From contig CAZOAL010000006.1 in assembly GCA_964577695.1 (NCBI GenBank), positions 177,511-241,510 of the forward strand: 64,000 nt of DNA, written 5' to 3'. The translations under genes were made by a program, and so were the position numbers. Origin of the DNA: an uncultured bacterium. Lineage in GTDB: Bacteria; Poribacteria; WGA-4E; PCPOR2b. Numbering within the stretch: position 1 is the first letter of the stretch; each line of letters starts with the position of its first letter. Positions 25,701 to 33,950 of the stretch are shown piece after piece. The notes under the pieces are model-generated. The model was not told the DNA's origin. It searched no databases and was given only the letters and a program-made list of their open reading frames with translations.

Positions 25701-28700
25701 CACCATTCCTCAAACGCCAATCAATGAATCGACAATCGACAATCGAGGTTCGGTGAATGGAGGAACGGAGGAAGTAGAGCGGGCGGCTCGCCCGTTTGGA
25801 AAGATACGCAATACGCAATACGCAATACGCAATACGAACGACTCACCACTCACCATTCACCCATCACTCCCTGACGGCATCTGGTATTTCCACCTGCGTG
25901 CGATCGACAACGCGGGCAACCGGAGCGAAGTCGCTCACTATAAGGTGCAGATTGAGCACCAAGTCCCTGAAACACCAATCATCCGCTCACAGACCCACCC
26001 CCCGGAGCGTTGGTCAAAGAGCCATATTGTCGATCTGCGTTGGGACGAAGCCCCCACATTGAGCGGCCCCCCCCGCTACAGTTTTGCGCTCGACCACGCC
26101 CCCGACACCCTCCCTGACGATACGCCCGAACCAATTAGGGAGGGTGAAGCTCCCGCTGAACCCCACATTGAGCAAACGCTGGACGATGGGATTTGGTACT
26201 TTCATCTCAAGGCAATTAGCAGAACCGGAATTAGGAGCGAGACCGCCCATTATCGTATACAGATTGATAGCCAGATTGCGACGCCGGTCATCCGCAGCCC
26301 CTCGCACGCGGATAGCACGAGCTGGTATGCGAACCCATCGCCGGTGATCGAATGGACGATTGCGGACGACCTCTCTGGAATTGCCGGCTATTTCGGCGAA
26401 TGGGATTCCCAACCGAACACGATTCCGCAAACGCCTATTTCTCCCTCACCCCCCCTCACCCCCGGCCCCTCTCCCACAGGGGGGAGAGGGGAGCCACTTG
26501 ATAACGAAAACAGGGTGTTCGCACTCCAAAGCGGGGTCTGGTACTTCCACCTGCGCGCGATCGATAACGCCGGCAATCTCAGCGAAACGGCGCACTACCA
26601 GGTTCGCATCGATGCGTCCGCGCCGGCTGTGCCTGTCATCCAGTCCAGCTCCCATCCGGCGGGCGTTTGGCGGTCTCAGTCGGCTGTGGATATCCGCTGG
26701 AACGTTGGCACCCCCACCCCAACCCTTCCCCGCGGACAGGGAGGGGGCTTGAGTGGGATGGCTGGCTATAGCTTCGTGCTAGACCAGAAACCCACCACGT
26801 TGCCTGATGAGCGGATTGACGGCCTTCAGCCTCAAGTGACAACCACGCTTGCGGATGGCATCTGGTACTTCCACCTGCGAGCGCAGAGCAATACGGGACT
26901 GTGGAGCGAAACTGCCCATTACGAGATACGAATTGACACCCACCCTCCCGAAATCACGATTACGCTGCCGCCTAGTGGGGAGCGGGAGCGCGAGGCTCCT
27001 GCCGAGTGGTTCAGGCAAGCCATCAATGAATACGCTGGGGAGATGCGCGATGAGCTATCCGGCATTGACGAGACAACGCTCGAATATCGGTACGCGGGGC
27101 TGGATTGGAAGCCCTTCGTCAACGAGGCGTCAAGCGGTTGGCTTGACACAAACGAATTGCCCCATGTCACCCAGGCAAGCGGCGTGTCGTTGCAAGTGCG
27201 CGTTCGCGATCGCGCGGAGAACGTTGGGCTGTCTGAGGAGCGGCTGATTCGCGTGGATGTCGAACCTCCATCACTGACAGTGACAAGTCCCACGCATCCC
27301 CAGCAGGGAAGATGGTACGCCGATCCGAACCCGGTGGTTGAATGGACGGTTAGTAGCGACCTCTCCGGGATTGCAGATTACTTTTGGGTGTGGGACAACC
27401 AATCGGACACGATTCCCCGGCAGGGCCAGAAAACCGGAGACCCAGAAAGCCAGACAGCCAACGAGAGCAAGTCACAGGTTCGGCGGGAGCCTCACCCTCC
27501 CACCAGTCACAGGTTCGGCGGGAGCCTCACCCTCCCACTCACGGATGGCATCTGGTATTTCCACTTAATCGCCTTTGATAACGCCGGCAACCCAAGCGAG
27601 CCAGTCCACTACCGTTTTCAAATTGACACGCAACCGCCGAAGGGGACGATTCACATTCTCAGACCGGAGGTCATCAAGGGTCGTCCAAAATCTGTTCGCT
27701 ATCTTGAATCAAAGGAGGTTCCGCCGCGCGTCAGCTCAGGAGAAATTCGGATTGTTCTCACGCTATCGGAAGAGATGATTGAGCCCCCGAAACTCTTTTT
27801 CCAGCCGAATAGTCGGCAGGAGATAGCCCTTGCACTCGGCCGGAGCCTCGTGCTCCCACTGGATGGGGCCGAGGGGGCACAAAATCGCTCGCCGCTTCAA
27901 TGGCACGCCACATTACAGGTTTCGCCTCACACAGGCGATGGTGTGGGCAAGTTTCGATTTGTCGGCACTGATGGAGCTGGCAACCTTGGGGGTGAAATTA
28001 CGATGGGCATGGAACTCGTCATCGATACGCTCATCCATGCGGATGAAACGGAAGTCCAGCATCGAATCGGCGATAACGGCGCGATTGCGACAATCCCTCC
28101 CCGAGCGCTCCGCTCCGATGTACGCTTGCACCTTGAGGCGTCCCCCCATACCCCCCCCTCCAGGGGGGGGACGCAAGGTTCTGACCCTGGCTTCCCCCCC
28201 GTGGACGGGGGGGGTACGGGGGGGACCACAGGGGGGGGGACATCCAACCGCTACCGCCTCATCGCCTGGGATGGAACTGGACGTCCCCTTCCGAATCTGA
28301 CGTTTGTCGCGCCGATTGAGTTACAACTGCCAATCGATGCAACGCAGCCGATTGGGGCGGGAGATGCCGCGTATACAGTGCTTTACAACGATGGTGTCAG
28401 GACCCATCGGATCGGCACCGTCGTCGCAGGTGGCCAGGCGATCGCGTCCGTCAGTCAGATCGGCGAATTTCTGATTGCCCCCGCGCCCACGCCCAAGCGG
28501 AAGATTACCGGCGGGTGGGCGGCCCCGAATCCTTTCACGCCCAACCACAGCGGCGATGCCAGCGATCGAACAATCTTCCACGTTCAAACGCGGGGGGACG
28601 ATGTGACCTTCACCATCGAAATCTATGGCCTGACGGGACGACGCATTCGCACGTTGCGCAACGGATTGAATGTGTGGGATGGGTCAGATGAAAGCGGCAG

Positions 28701-28782
28701 GGTTGTCGAAAATGGTGTGTACATCTACCAGATTCATGCGGGGGATGAGGTGATTAGCGGGACCGTTGTCGTGGTGAGGTGA
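22720..28782 (+). CDS. giant secreted modular surface protein (about 2020 aa): N-terminal TIM-barrel-like putative glycosyl-hydrolase-like domain, about 10 tandem ~100-aa beta-sandwich modules (PSHP..RWYA..DLSGIAGY..WD.QPDTIP...DGIWYFHLRA.DNAGN) and a T9SS-type C-terminal sorting domain
   Basis: Repeated modules visible in the translation; C-terminal PNPFTPN...FTIEIYGLTGRRIRTL tail; signal-peptide-like N-terminus after M at 22720 or 22747. Confidence 0.65.
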   Translation: MVNRKKAAKMRDWKKKSYIILSIIVGSLYIFATSTVAQEIKRQSIPVGMFNVYATIDNNNTGLPTPDLRDVWQGVPTNWEGGYYPYEACNLVQHYWPKELPTDVPPGQDAYVVWWTRFLREVYEQGNEKGEVRLRAIVGPLFSHYEAFGEQWLINFIQRLCEWERSGPHDGVIAGWYLIEEPMGSGSHNFNVDTFEEMAKVVDKAETAGGFRHHDRYVDVSLDGAFFTPQGLARFCRPADVVMVSSSSYLWLTSGTQPVFNTRYRDLAFSMNQVRRTVFPDHDQHGLPRPKIHLVLQAYDPMGFGQPTHWEMRQQIREALTLDFELLGNQPVAPADGIWFFWWPGLTFENKNRVDDWLYGRQIAEAIELEVAEVTGNGGETRSVNVPTASRFAFPPLVPFNPDDGIIPYELAKSGLVTIEILDMNGSKVQAFDMGIQSAGRLHRFGGPRWLPLSTQPDGRYIFRQFLNSVPVDSVEVEVQRQPRLFSPSHVPNIWSNDNTIEVTWRPPALGAGLGGFSFLWSNSPFSIPPRTVALTPSDVTYTSPPLPDGKSHYFHLLSVDANGEWGETSHLGPFWIDTIPPALPTDVVSSSHKTGIWSSANVIDIKWSAAPPPQSPPRAGGEEGPPPLPAGGTGGGASLRGYSIVWDRQPFTLPPAEINVGPAVTALSTPPLVDGIWYLHLRPADVAGNWTSDAVHLGPFQIDTHSPNPPSDLRGVSHQVGVWSNRAEIELEWTAASDETSGIKNYLIVWDTSPDTHPTPDANPSIFLPPLLAGGGAGNSPKVSYRGPALVDGDTHYVHLRAVDGAGLTTDETLHLGPFRIDATPPGDIRGFAAYGVEPPPTPPLSPLPASGEVPLDLNKWLISPQMILAWQVSTDSGSSVAVYEITRVRPETGEQQTFQINADAPSQWTPAGLSDGAWVFRLRAGDNAGNWSAYSDLTLKIDTTVPTPILNSPSHPNSERWYADANPIVEWMIERDLSGIAGYLGEWSDQPDTIPQTPINESTIDNRGSVNGGTEEVERAARPFGKIRNTQYAIRNTNDSPLTIHPSLPDGIWYFHLRAIDNAGNRSEVAHYKVQIEHQVPETPIIRSQTHPPERWSKSHIVDLRWDEAPTLSGPPRYSFALDHAPDTLPDDTPEPIREGEAPAEPHIEQTLDDGIWYFHLKAISRTGIRSETAHYRIQIDSQIATPVIRSPSHADSTSWYANPSPVIEWTIADDLSGIAGYFGEWDSQPNTIPQTPISPSPPLTPGPSPTGGRGEPLDNENRVFALQSGVWYFHLRAIDNAGNLSETAHYQVRIDASAPAVPVIQSSSHPAGVWRSQSAVDIRWNVGTPTPTLPRGQGGGLSGMAGYSFVLDQKPTTLPDERIDGLQPQVTTTLADGIWYFHLRAQSNTGLWSETAHYEIRIDTHPPEITITLPPSGEREREAPAEWFRQAINEYAGEMRDELSGIDETTLEYRYAGLDWKPFVNEASSGWLDTNELPHVTQASGVSLQVRVRDRAENVGLSEERLIRVDVEPPSLTVTSPTHPQQGRWYADPNPVVEWTVSSDLSGIADYFWVWDNQSDTIPRQGQKTGDPESQTANESKSQVRREPHPPTSHRFGGSLTLPLTDGIWYFHLIAFDNAGNPSEPVHYRFQIDTQPPKGTIHILRPEVIKGRPKSVRYLESKEVPPRVSSGEIRIVLTLSEEMIEPPKLFFQPNSRQEIALALGRSLVLPLDGAEGAQNRSPLQWHATLQVSPHTGDGVGKFRFVGTDGAGNLGGEITMGMELVIDTLIHADETEVQHRIGDNGAIATIPPRALRSDVRLHLEASPHTPPSRGGTQGSDPGFPPVDGGGTGGTTGGGTSNRYRLIAWDGTGRPLPNLTFVAPIELQLPIDATQPIGAGDAAYTVLYNDGVRTHRIGTVVAGGQAIASVSQIGEFLIAPAPTPKRKITGGWAAPNPFTPNHSGDASDRTIFHVQTRGDDVTFTIEIYGLTGRRIRTLRNGLNVWDGSDESGRVVENGVYIYQIHAGDEVISGTVVVVR
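24553..24633. repeat. G/C mini-palindrome (poly-C-CCGCGGGCAGGGGG ... CCCCCTGCCCGCGGGGGGG) lying in frame inside the giant CDS
   Basis: Encodes PPPQSPPRAGGEEGPPPLPAGGTGGGA; shares the CCGCGG core with similar elements at 26710-26748 and 59992-60060. Confidence 0.6.
25775..25862. repeat. heptamer-arm repeat element ((ACGCAAT)x4 ... (ACTCACC)x3, preceded by palindrome cgggcggctcgcccg) lying in frame in a loop of one module of the giant CDS
   Basis: Translated as ERAARPFGKIRNTQYAIRNTNDSPLTIHPS; same unit type as intergenic hairpin repeats. Confidence 0.6.
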
Positions 28783-28812
28783 AGTGAAATGTGATTAAAC
28801 AGGTCATCTCTT

Positions 28813-29127
28813 TCATCGTTCATACAGGATTGTTCCCTCCTTGACTGCTGGGTAGATAACCGTTCCAACCATCTCTTTATAGGTGTTAAATTCTTCAGGC
28901 GTTTTAACGATAATATCTTTGGCAATCTTCCAGCGACGGAGTATCCTCTTTATTCCCAGGTTTCTTTTGGGGTTGGGGAGATCGGTTTCCAAAACAATCA
29001 GTAAATCTAAATCGCTATCATCTGTTGGATTACCATTGGCGTAAGAGCCAAAAAGGATAATCTTCTCCGGCTGATACGTCTCTACGAGAATGTCCCGGAT
29101 TTCGTCGATGGTCTTTTGATTAATCAT
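28813..29127 (-). CDS. minimal nucleotidyltransferase (MNT) toxin-antitoxin component
   Basis: LFGSYANGNPTDDSDLDLLIV nucleotidyltransferase motif. Confidence 0.7.
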   Translation of the reverse strand: MINQKTIDEIRDILVETYQPEKIILFGSYANGNPTDDSDLDLLIVLETDLPNPKRNLGIKRILRRWKIAKDIIVKTPEEFNTYKEMVGTVIYPAVKEGTILYER

Positions 29128-29159
29128 ATTCCTACCTCAAAATGTAACGCTTCATCTAA

Positions 29160-29255
29160 GCGACGTAGGCTTCCTCAGTGCGGATGGAATCATGCTTGAA
29201 CTGGATAGCTTCACGAACCGGGGCGAGAAATTTTGGGGGTTGTTTGTTCATCGGT
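29160..29255 (-). pseudogene. 31-codon fragment resembling the N-terminus of an integron-type tyrosine recombinase (MNKQPPKFLAPVREAIQFKHDSIRTEEAYVA*)
   Basis: L..VRE.IR.KHYS.RTE.AYV pattern typical of IntI-like N-terminal SAM-like domains; ends in a stop. Confidence 0.35.
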
Positions 29256-29385
29256 TATCTACCTCTTGACAGGTAGGGAATTTTAAGAGTATCATATTGG
29301 ACAGGTTAGGAGTCCGCTGGGTTTAATTCCGTCTAATAGGTAGCCGGATAAAAGCATTGTTTTAACTGCCAGATGAAAGTAAAAG

Positions 29386-32298
29386 ATGTCAAATAAACAA
29401 GCACTCCAAGAATTTGTTGATTACGTCAGACGATTAAAAGGCGATGAGAAAGGAGAGGCACAGTTGTTTTGTGACCGTTTCTTCCGTGCCTTTGGTTATG
29501 GCGGCATATTAGAGGCTCATGGCTCACTTGAGGCACGTATCAAGTTTAGCGACTCGGGTCGCACTAAATTTGCGGATTGCCTTTGGTCGCCGCATGGCAA
29601 AGATGGAGTGTTGATTGAGATGAAAAAGAAGGCGGAAAAGAATCTTGAAACTCATTTTCCGCAAGCCCGCGACTATTGGATTGAAATGAATCCGGAAAAG
29701 GTCATCGGGCCGGGGGCTCAAAAGCCAAAATATATCATTCTTTGCAACTTTGAGCGTTTTTTGCTCTACAGACAATTATCATTCGTTGACGAGATTACAA
29801 TTGACGAGTTTGTGGAGCGAGCCAGCGCCTTTAACTTTATGCTCCCGGAAGATAAAGAACCGATCTTCCACAACAATATTGAAGCTATTTCACAAGACGC
29901 GGCACGAACAATCGGTGAAATATTCAAACACTTAATTTTTGAAAAAGGGGAAGAACGGGAAGTCGCTCAACGTTTTCTTTTACAGTGTGTACTTGCCCTA
30001 TTTTCAGAGGATTTCGGTCTTTTGCCGCCGTTCATTTTTTCTGAGCTCATTCGTGACTGCCAAAGAGGGCAAAGCGCATACGATCTCTTAGGCGGCCTTT
30101 TTAGACAAATGGCGAGCGAGAAACCTGCGAAGGGTGGACGGTTCAAAGATGTCAAATATTTCAACGGCGGCCTTTTTGACGAAGTTGAGCCGCTGGAGCT
30201 CGATTCAACAAGTCTTAACCTTCTCGCTAACGCTGCCGATTTCAACTGGAAAAGTGTTAACCCTTCTATTTTTGGCGCTCTTTTTGAAAGCACGATGAAC
30301 GAAAAGGAGCGTCACCAATTTGGGGCGCATTACACAAGCGAAGCGGATATTTTGAAAATTGTTAATCCAACCATCGTGCGTCCGTGGAAGGAACGCTTAA
30401 ATAAGGCGAAAACACTCCAAGAGTTATCGAATTTACTGGACGAACTTGAAAATTTCAAAGTGCTAGACCCAGCCTGCGGGTGTGGTAATTTTCTTTATGT
30501 TGCCTACCGTGCTTTGAAAGACATTGAGATGCAGATTATTGAGAAAATCGCTGCTAACTTTTCTTCACGTTCGGTCAAACCTTTGAAATTCGGTATCTCC
30601 CGCGTATCTACTAAGCAATTCTACGGGATTGACCTTCTGCCCGTTGCCGTAGAGGTCGCGAAAGTGACCCTAATGCTTGGCAAGGAGTTGGCGGCAGATG
30701 AATGGAACAAACGTATCCGTTTGCTCATGTCAATCCTTGATCTCAATTTTGATGAGGGGTTGCCGTTGGAACGTCTGGACGATTTTATCATCTGTGATGA
30801 CGCCCTTTTCTGTGATTGGCCGGAATTCGATGTGGTTATCGGTAATCCGCCGTATCAATCGAAAAATAAAATGCAGATGGAAATGGACAGGGAATATATT
30901 GACCGGGTGAGAGCCCATTACCCCGATGTTCCAGGTCGAGCCGACTATTGCGTCTATTGGTTCCGACGAGGACACAAAGAGATGAAAGAAGGTCAACGTG
31001 CAGGTTTTGTCGGTACAAACACGATACGTCAAAACTATTCCCGCGAAGGTGGGCTCGACTATATTGTAAATAATGGTGGCACGATTACCGAAGCCGTTTC
31101 TACACAGGTGTGGTCAGGTGACGCTGTCGTTCACGTTTCGATTGTCAACTGGATAAAAGGAGCGGAAAAAGGGGGAAAGTCACTTGTATTACAACGTGGC
31201 GACTCGGTTGACTCGCCTTTTGATTATTATGATTTAGAATACATAAACTCCGCGTTGAGCCTTGCTGTCGATTTGACCTCAGCCAGATCCCTCAAGGTGA
31301 ATGAGAATTCCAATGCGTGTTTTCAAGGCCAAACACATGGGCACGAGAGTTTTTTGCTGGTGAGAGAGGAAGCGGAAAGTTTGCTGAAATCCGATGCAAA
31401 ATGTGGGGAGGTCTTGTTCCCATTTCTTACAGCCAATGAAATGATCGGGGGTGAAAATTCGCTTCCAAGACGATATGTGATTGACTTCCGCAAACACGAC
31501 ATATTTTCAGCCAAGAAATATTCAGAGCTTTTCAATAGAGTCCAGAGTTCCGTTTTGCCAGATCGGAAGGCAAAGGCGAAAGAAGAAGAACGACGAAACA
31601 ACGCTACGCTGGCAAAAAACCCGAATGCCCGTGTCAACCATCACCACGCCAATTTCCTTAAGCAATGGTGGAAGCTATCTTATCCACGAGACGAACTTAT
31701 GGAAATTATTGAGTCTATCCCCCGTTATTGCGTTTGTGGACAGGTTACTAAGCGCCCGATTTTTGAATTCATCTCTTCCGAGATTCATCCGAATGCAGCA
31801 TTGGTAGTTTTCCCCCTTGCTGATGACTACTCCTTTGGTATTTTGCAATCAATAGTACACTGGGAATGGTTCACCGCGCGCTGTTCAACATTGAAAGGTG
31901 ATTTCAGGTATACTTCAAATACTGTTTTTGACTCTTTTCCGTGGACTCAGAAACCAGCAAAGGCACAGGTAAAAGAAATCGCCAAGCGTGCTGTGGAATT
32001 GCGCTCCGTGCGGCGCAGGATAATGGCGGAAAATAAAATGAGTTTGCGTGAACTTTACCGGGTAATGGAAGAAACCGCTGCTAACCCGGTCAGTGAGGTG
32101 CAAGACAAACTAGATGCGGCAGTATTTTCAGCCTATGGGATGAAAAAGAATGATGATATTCTCGCTTTTCTACTTGCGTTAAATCTCGATTTGGCTGCAC
32201 AAGAAGCGAATGCGGAAGAAATATTCGGCCCAGGTCTCCCGCCACATATTGAAAATCCCGCAGAGTTTATTACGGGCGATTGCATTCGTATGCCGTAA
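29386..32298 (+). CDS. MmeI-family Type IIL/IIG restriction-modification enzyme (single-chain nuclease + gamma-class N6A MTase + target-recognition domain)
   Basis: N-terminal AQLFCDRFFRAFGY ... D-x9-EMK nuclease motif; VIGNPPYQSK MTase motif IV; 970 aa; AT-rich. Confidence 0.7.
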   Translation: MSNKQALQEFVDYVRRLKGDEKGEAQLFCDRFFRAFGYGGILEAHGSLEARIKFSDSGRTKFADCLWSPHGKDGVLIEMKKKAEKNLETHFPQARDYWIEMNPEKVIGPGAQKPKYIILCNFERFLLYRQLSFVDEITIDEFVERASAFNFMLPEDKEPIFHNNIEAISQDAARTIGEIFKHLIFEKGEEREVAQRFLLQCVLALFSEDFGLLPPFIFSELIRDCQRGQSAYDLLGGLFRQMASEKPAKGGRFKDVKYFNGGLFDEVEPLELDSTSLNLLANAADFNWKSVNPSIFGALFESTMNEKERHQFGAHYTSEADILKIVNPTIVRPWKERLNKAKTLQELSNLLDELENFKVLDPACGCGNFLYVAYRALKDIEMQIIEKIAANFSSRSVKPLKFGISRVSTKQFYGIDLLPVAVEVAKVTLMLGKELAADEWNKRIRLLMSILDLNFDEGLPLERLDDFIICDDALFCDWPEFDVVIGNPPYQSKNKMQMEMDREYIDRVRAHYPDVPGRADYCVYWFRRGHKEMKEGQRAGFVGTNTIRQNYSREGGLDYIVNNGGTITEAVSTQVWSGDAVVHVSIVNWIKGAEKGGKSLVLQRGDSVDSPFDYYDLEYINSALSLAVDLTSARSLKVNENSNACFQGQTHGHESFLLVREEAESLLKSDAKCGEVLFPFLTANEMIGGENSLPRRYVIDFRKHDIFSAKKYSELFNRVQSSVLPDRKAKAKEEERRNNATLAKNPNARVNHHHANFLKQWWKLSYPRDELMEIIESIPRYCVCGQVTKRPIFEFISSEIHPNAALVVFPLADDYSFGILQSIVHWEWFTARCSTLKGDFRYTSNTVFDSFPWTQKPAKAQVKEIAKRAVELRSVRRRIMAENKMSLRELYRVMEETAANPVSEVQDKLDAAVFSAYGMKKNDDILAFLLALNLDLAAQEANAEEIFGPGLPPHIENPAEFITGDCIRMP

Positions 32299-32340
32299 GG
32301 GGGGAGATAAACTGAGTGGTTGAAAACAAAATCCGGCTAA

Positions 32341-32445
32341 CAAAGCAGGTAGGTCAGGCTGCGCCTGACACCATATAGTCAGGCACAGCCTGACCTACTT
32401 ACTGACACCATATAGTCAGGCACAGCCTGACCTACTTACTCTGAC
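32341..32445. repeat. complex imperfect hairpin (aggtaggtcaggctgcgcctgac...cagcctgacctactt) followed by a 37-bp tandem direct repeat (gacaccatatagtcaggcacagcctgacctacttact x2)
   Basis: Seen in sequence. Confidence 0.6.
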
Positions 32446-32793
32446 TTTGGAGACGCTCTTAGGTTTGGAAGTGATGAGCCCTGTGATCTTGTTGTTGGTA
32501 AGGATGCTATCGATACTAAATACAGGGTGGGTTCTGGAGATTCTGGAACTCTAAAAAAGTTCAAGCAATATGGAAAATTACTTCAAGATGAAGGTTATAC
32601 CCCTGTTCTATTATTGGTTCGAGATGACAACTTGCCTGCTGCAATAACAGCATGCGAGGTCGGCGGATGGACGATTTCCACAGGGAAGGCAACATTTGAC
32701 TACATCGAACAAAAAACGGGTTTCGATTTATTGGGTTGGTTGAGCAATCATAGAGATAGAGGAACATTCTTGATTAATAGGGAGCAGCAATGA
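32431..32793 (+). pseudogene. 5'-truncated ORF (no ATG; opens immediately after the hairpin/direct-repeat region) overlapping the downstream MTase by ATGA; possible remnant of the cognate restriction endonuclease
   Basis: Reading frame DFGDALRFGSDEPCDLVVGKDAIDTKYRVGSGDSGTLKK...; position and 4-bp overlap suggest an R-M operon; function not recognised. Confidence 0.3.
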
Positions 32794-33716
32794 ACTATTT
32801 AGATCAAATTCTTCAAGGTGACTGCATTTCTATTATGTCAGAAATGCCAAAGGATTCTATTGCTGCGTGTATCACCGACCCACCATACAATTATGAATTT
32901 ATTGGTAGAAAATGGGATGACAAGGAAATCAATCGAAGATTAGAGAGAATAAAAGAGAGCAAAACACTTGTGAAAAATATCCCCTATGGGAGTGGGTTGG
33001 CTGGAGGAGTCCGCAATTTTAGATGGTATGAAAGAAATTATGAAAATGTAATTGAGTACACAAACTGGTGCAAAGAGTGGGGTAAGGAGCTTTTTAAGGT
33101 ATGCAAGAACGGATCACCCGTTGCTGTTTTCAATAGCACAAGAACCGTGGCGCATGTACAAGTCGCTCTTGAAGAAGCTGGTTTCTATACACGCGATATT
33201 CTTGTACATCGCCGACGTTCAGGCATACCAAAGGGGTTAAACCTTAAAAGCAAATTAGAAAAAATGCATCATCCGGATGCAGATAAATGGGAGGGCTGGC
33301 ACACTTGCTTTAGAAACGAATGGGAAGCGATAGTGCTTGTTCAGAAGCCTTTAATTAAAAACTATTGGGAGACACTTGAAAAAACAGGTGTTGGAGTCTT
33401 TAAGACTCTCAATGAAGATGGCTCTTTTCAGTCAAACATTCTAGAGGGTTACTATAGTAAGTCTGAGAAAAAGTTTGCGCACTGCACGGTCAAGCCTTTG
33501 GAGCTAATAAAGAAACTTATTCTTACTCTGGTGCCGAAATCGGATGACAACGTAGTTCTAGACCCTTTTGCCGGAAGTGGCACTACTCTAGTAGCGGCAA
33601 AACAGCTCGGTTATCATTTTACAGGAATCGAAATAGAGCCAGAGTATGTACAAATAATTGAAAATAGAATCTTAGAAACCTTTCAGCCTGCACTTGAATT
33701 TGAAAAAAGCACCTAA
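32790..33716 (+). CDS. beta-class DNA methyltransferase (DPPY motif IV near the N-terminus, FAGSGTT motif I near the C-terminus), probably N6-adenine
   Basis: ACITDPPYNY and VLDPFAGSGTTLVAA motifs; AT-rich. Confidence 0.75.
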   Translation: MNYLDQILQGDCISIMSEMPKDSIAACITDPPYNYEFIGRKWDDKEINRRLERIKESKTLVKNIPYGSGLAGGVRNFRWYERNYENVIEYTNWCKEWGKELFKVCKNGSPVAVFNSTRTVAHVQVALEEAGFYTRDILVHRRRSGIPKGLNLKSKLEKMHHPDADKWEGWHTCFRNEWEAIVLVQKPLIKNYWETLEKTGVGVFKTLNEDGSFQSNILEGYYSKSEKKFAHCTVKPLELIKKLILTLVPKSDDNVVLDPFAGSGTTLVAAKQLGYHFTGIEIEPEYVQIIENRILETFQPALEFEKST

Positions 33717-33741
33717 CAAGGCGCTGTAGTTGACGGTCCGA
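33711..33741. repeat. direct repeat copy 1 (cctaacaaggcgctgtagttgacggtccgat) bounding a small TA cassette
   Basis: About 26 of 31 nt identical to the copy at 34880-34910. Confidence 0.55.
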
Positions 33742-33950
33742 TAGATCGGACGAGCACGGGGCTCTTCGGTTTAATAATGTTTTTTGGGTTGCGACGGGTT
33801 TCGGTTTGTTGGACGTTTTCGGCAACCCCCCGCCGTGCTCGTCCGAGAATCGGAAAACTGAACTTTTGTTGTTAAGCACCGAATATACCCGGGCTGAGTT
33901 TTATAACGGACAATGTTTGCCTAACCCGCCGAAAAAAATTAACTGACTGA

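Noticed and set aside
32341-32445. Hairpin and direct repeat considered as an integron attC site (given the IntI-like fragment and cassette-like genes nearby)
   Set aside because: I could not identify convincing R''/L''/L'/R' boxes (RYYYAAC...GTTRRRY) or the extrahelical-base layout. It is retained only as a generic repeat.
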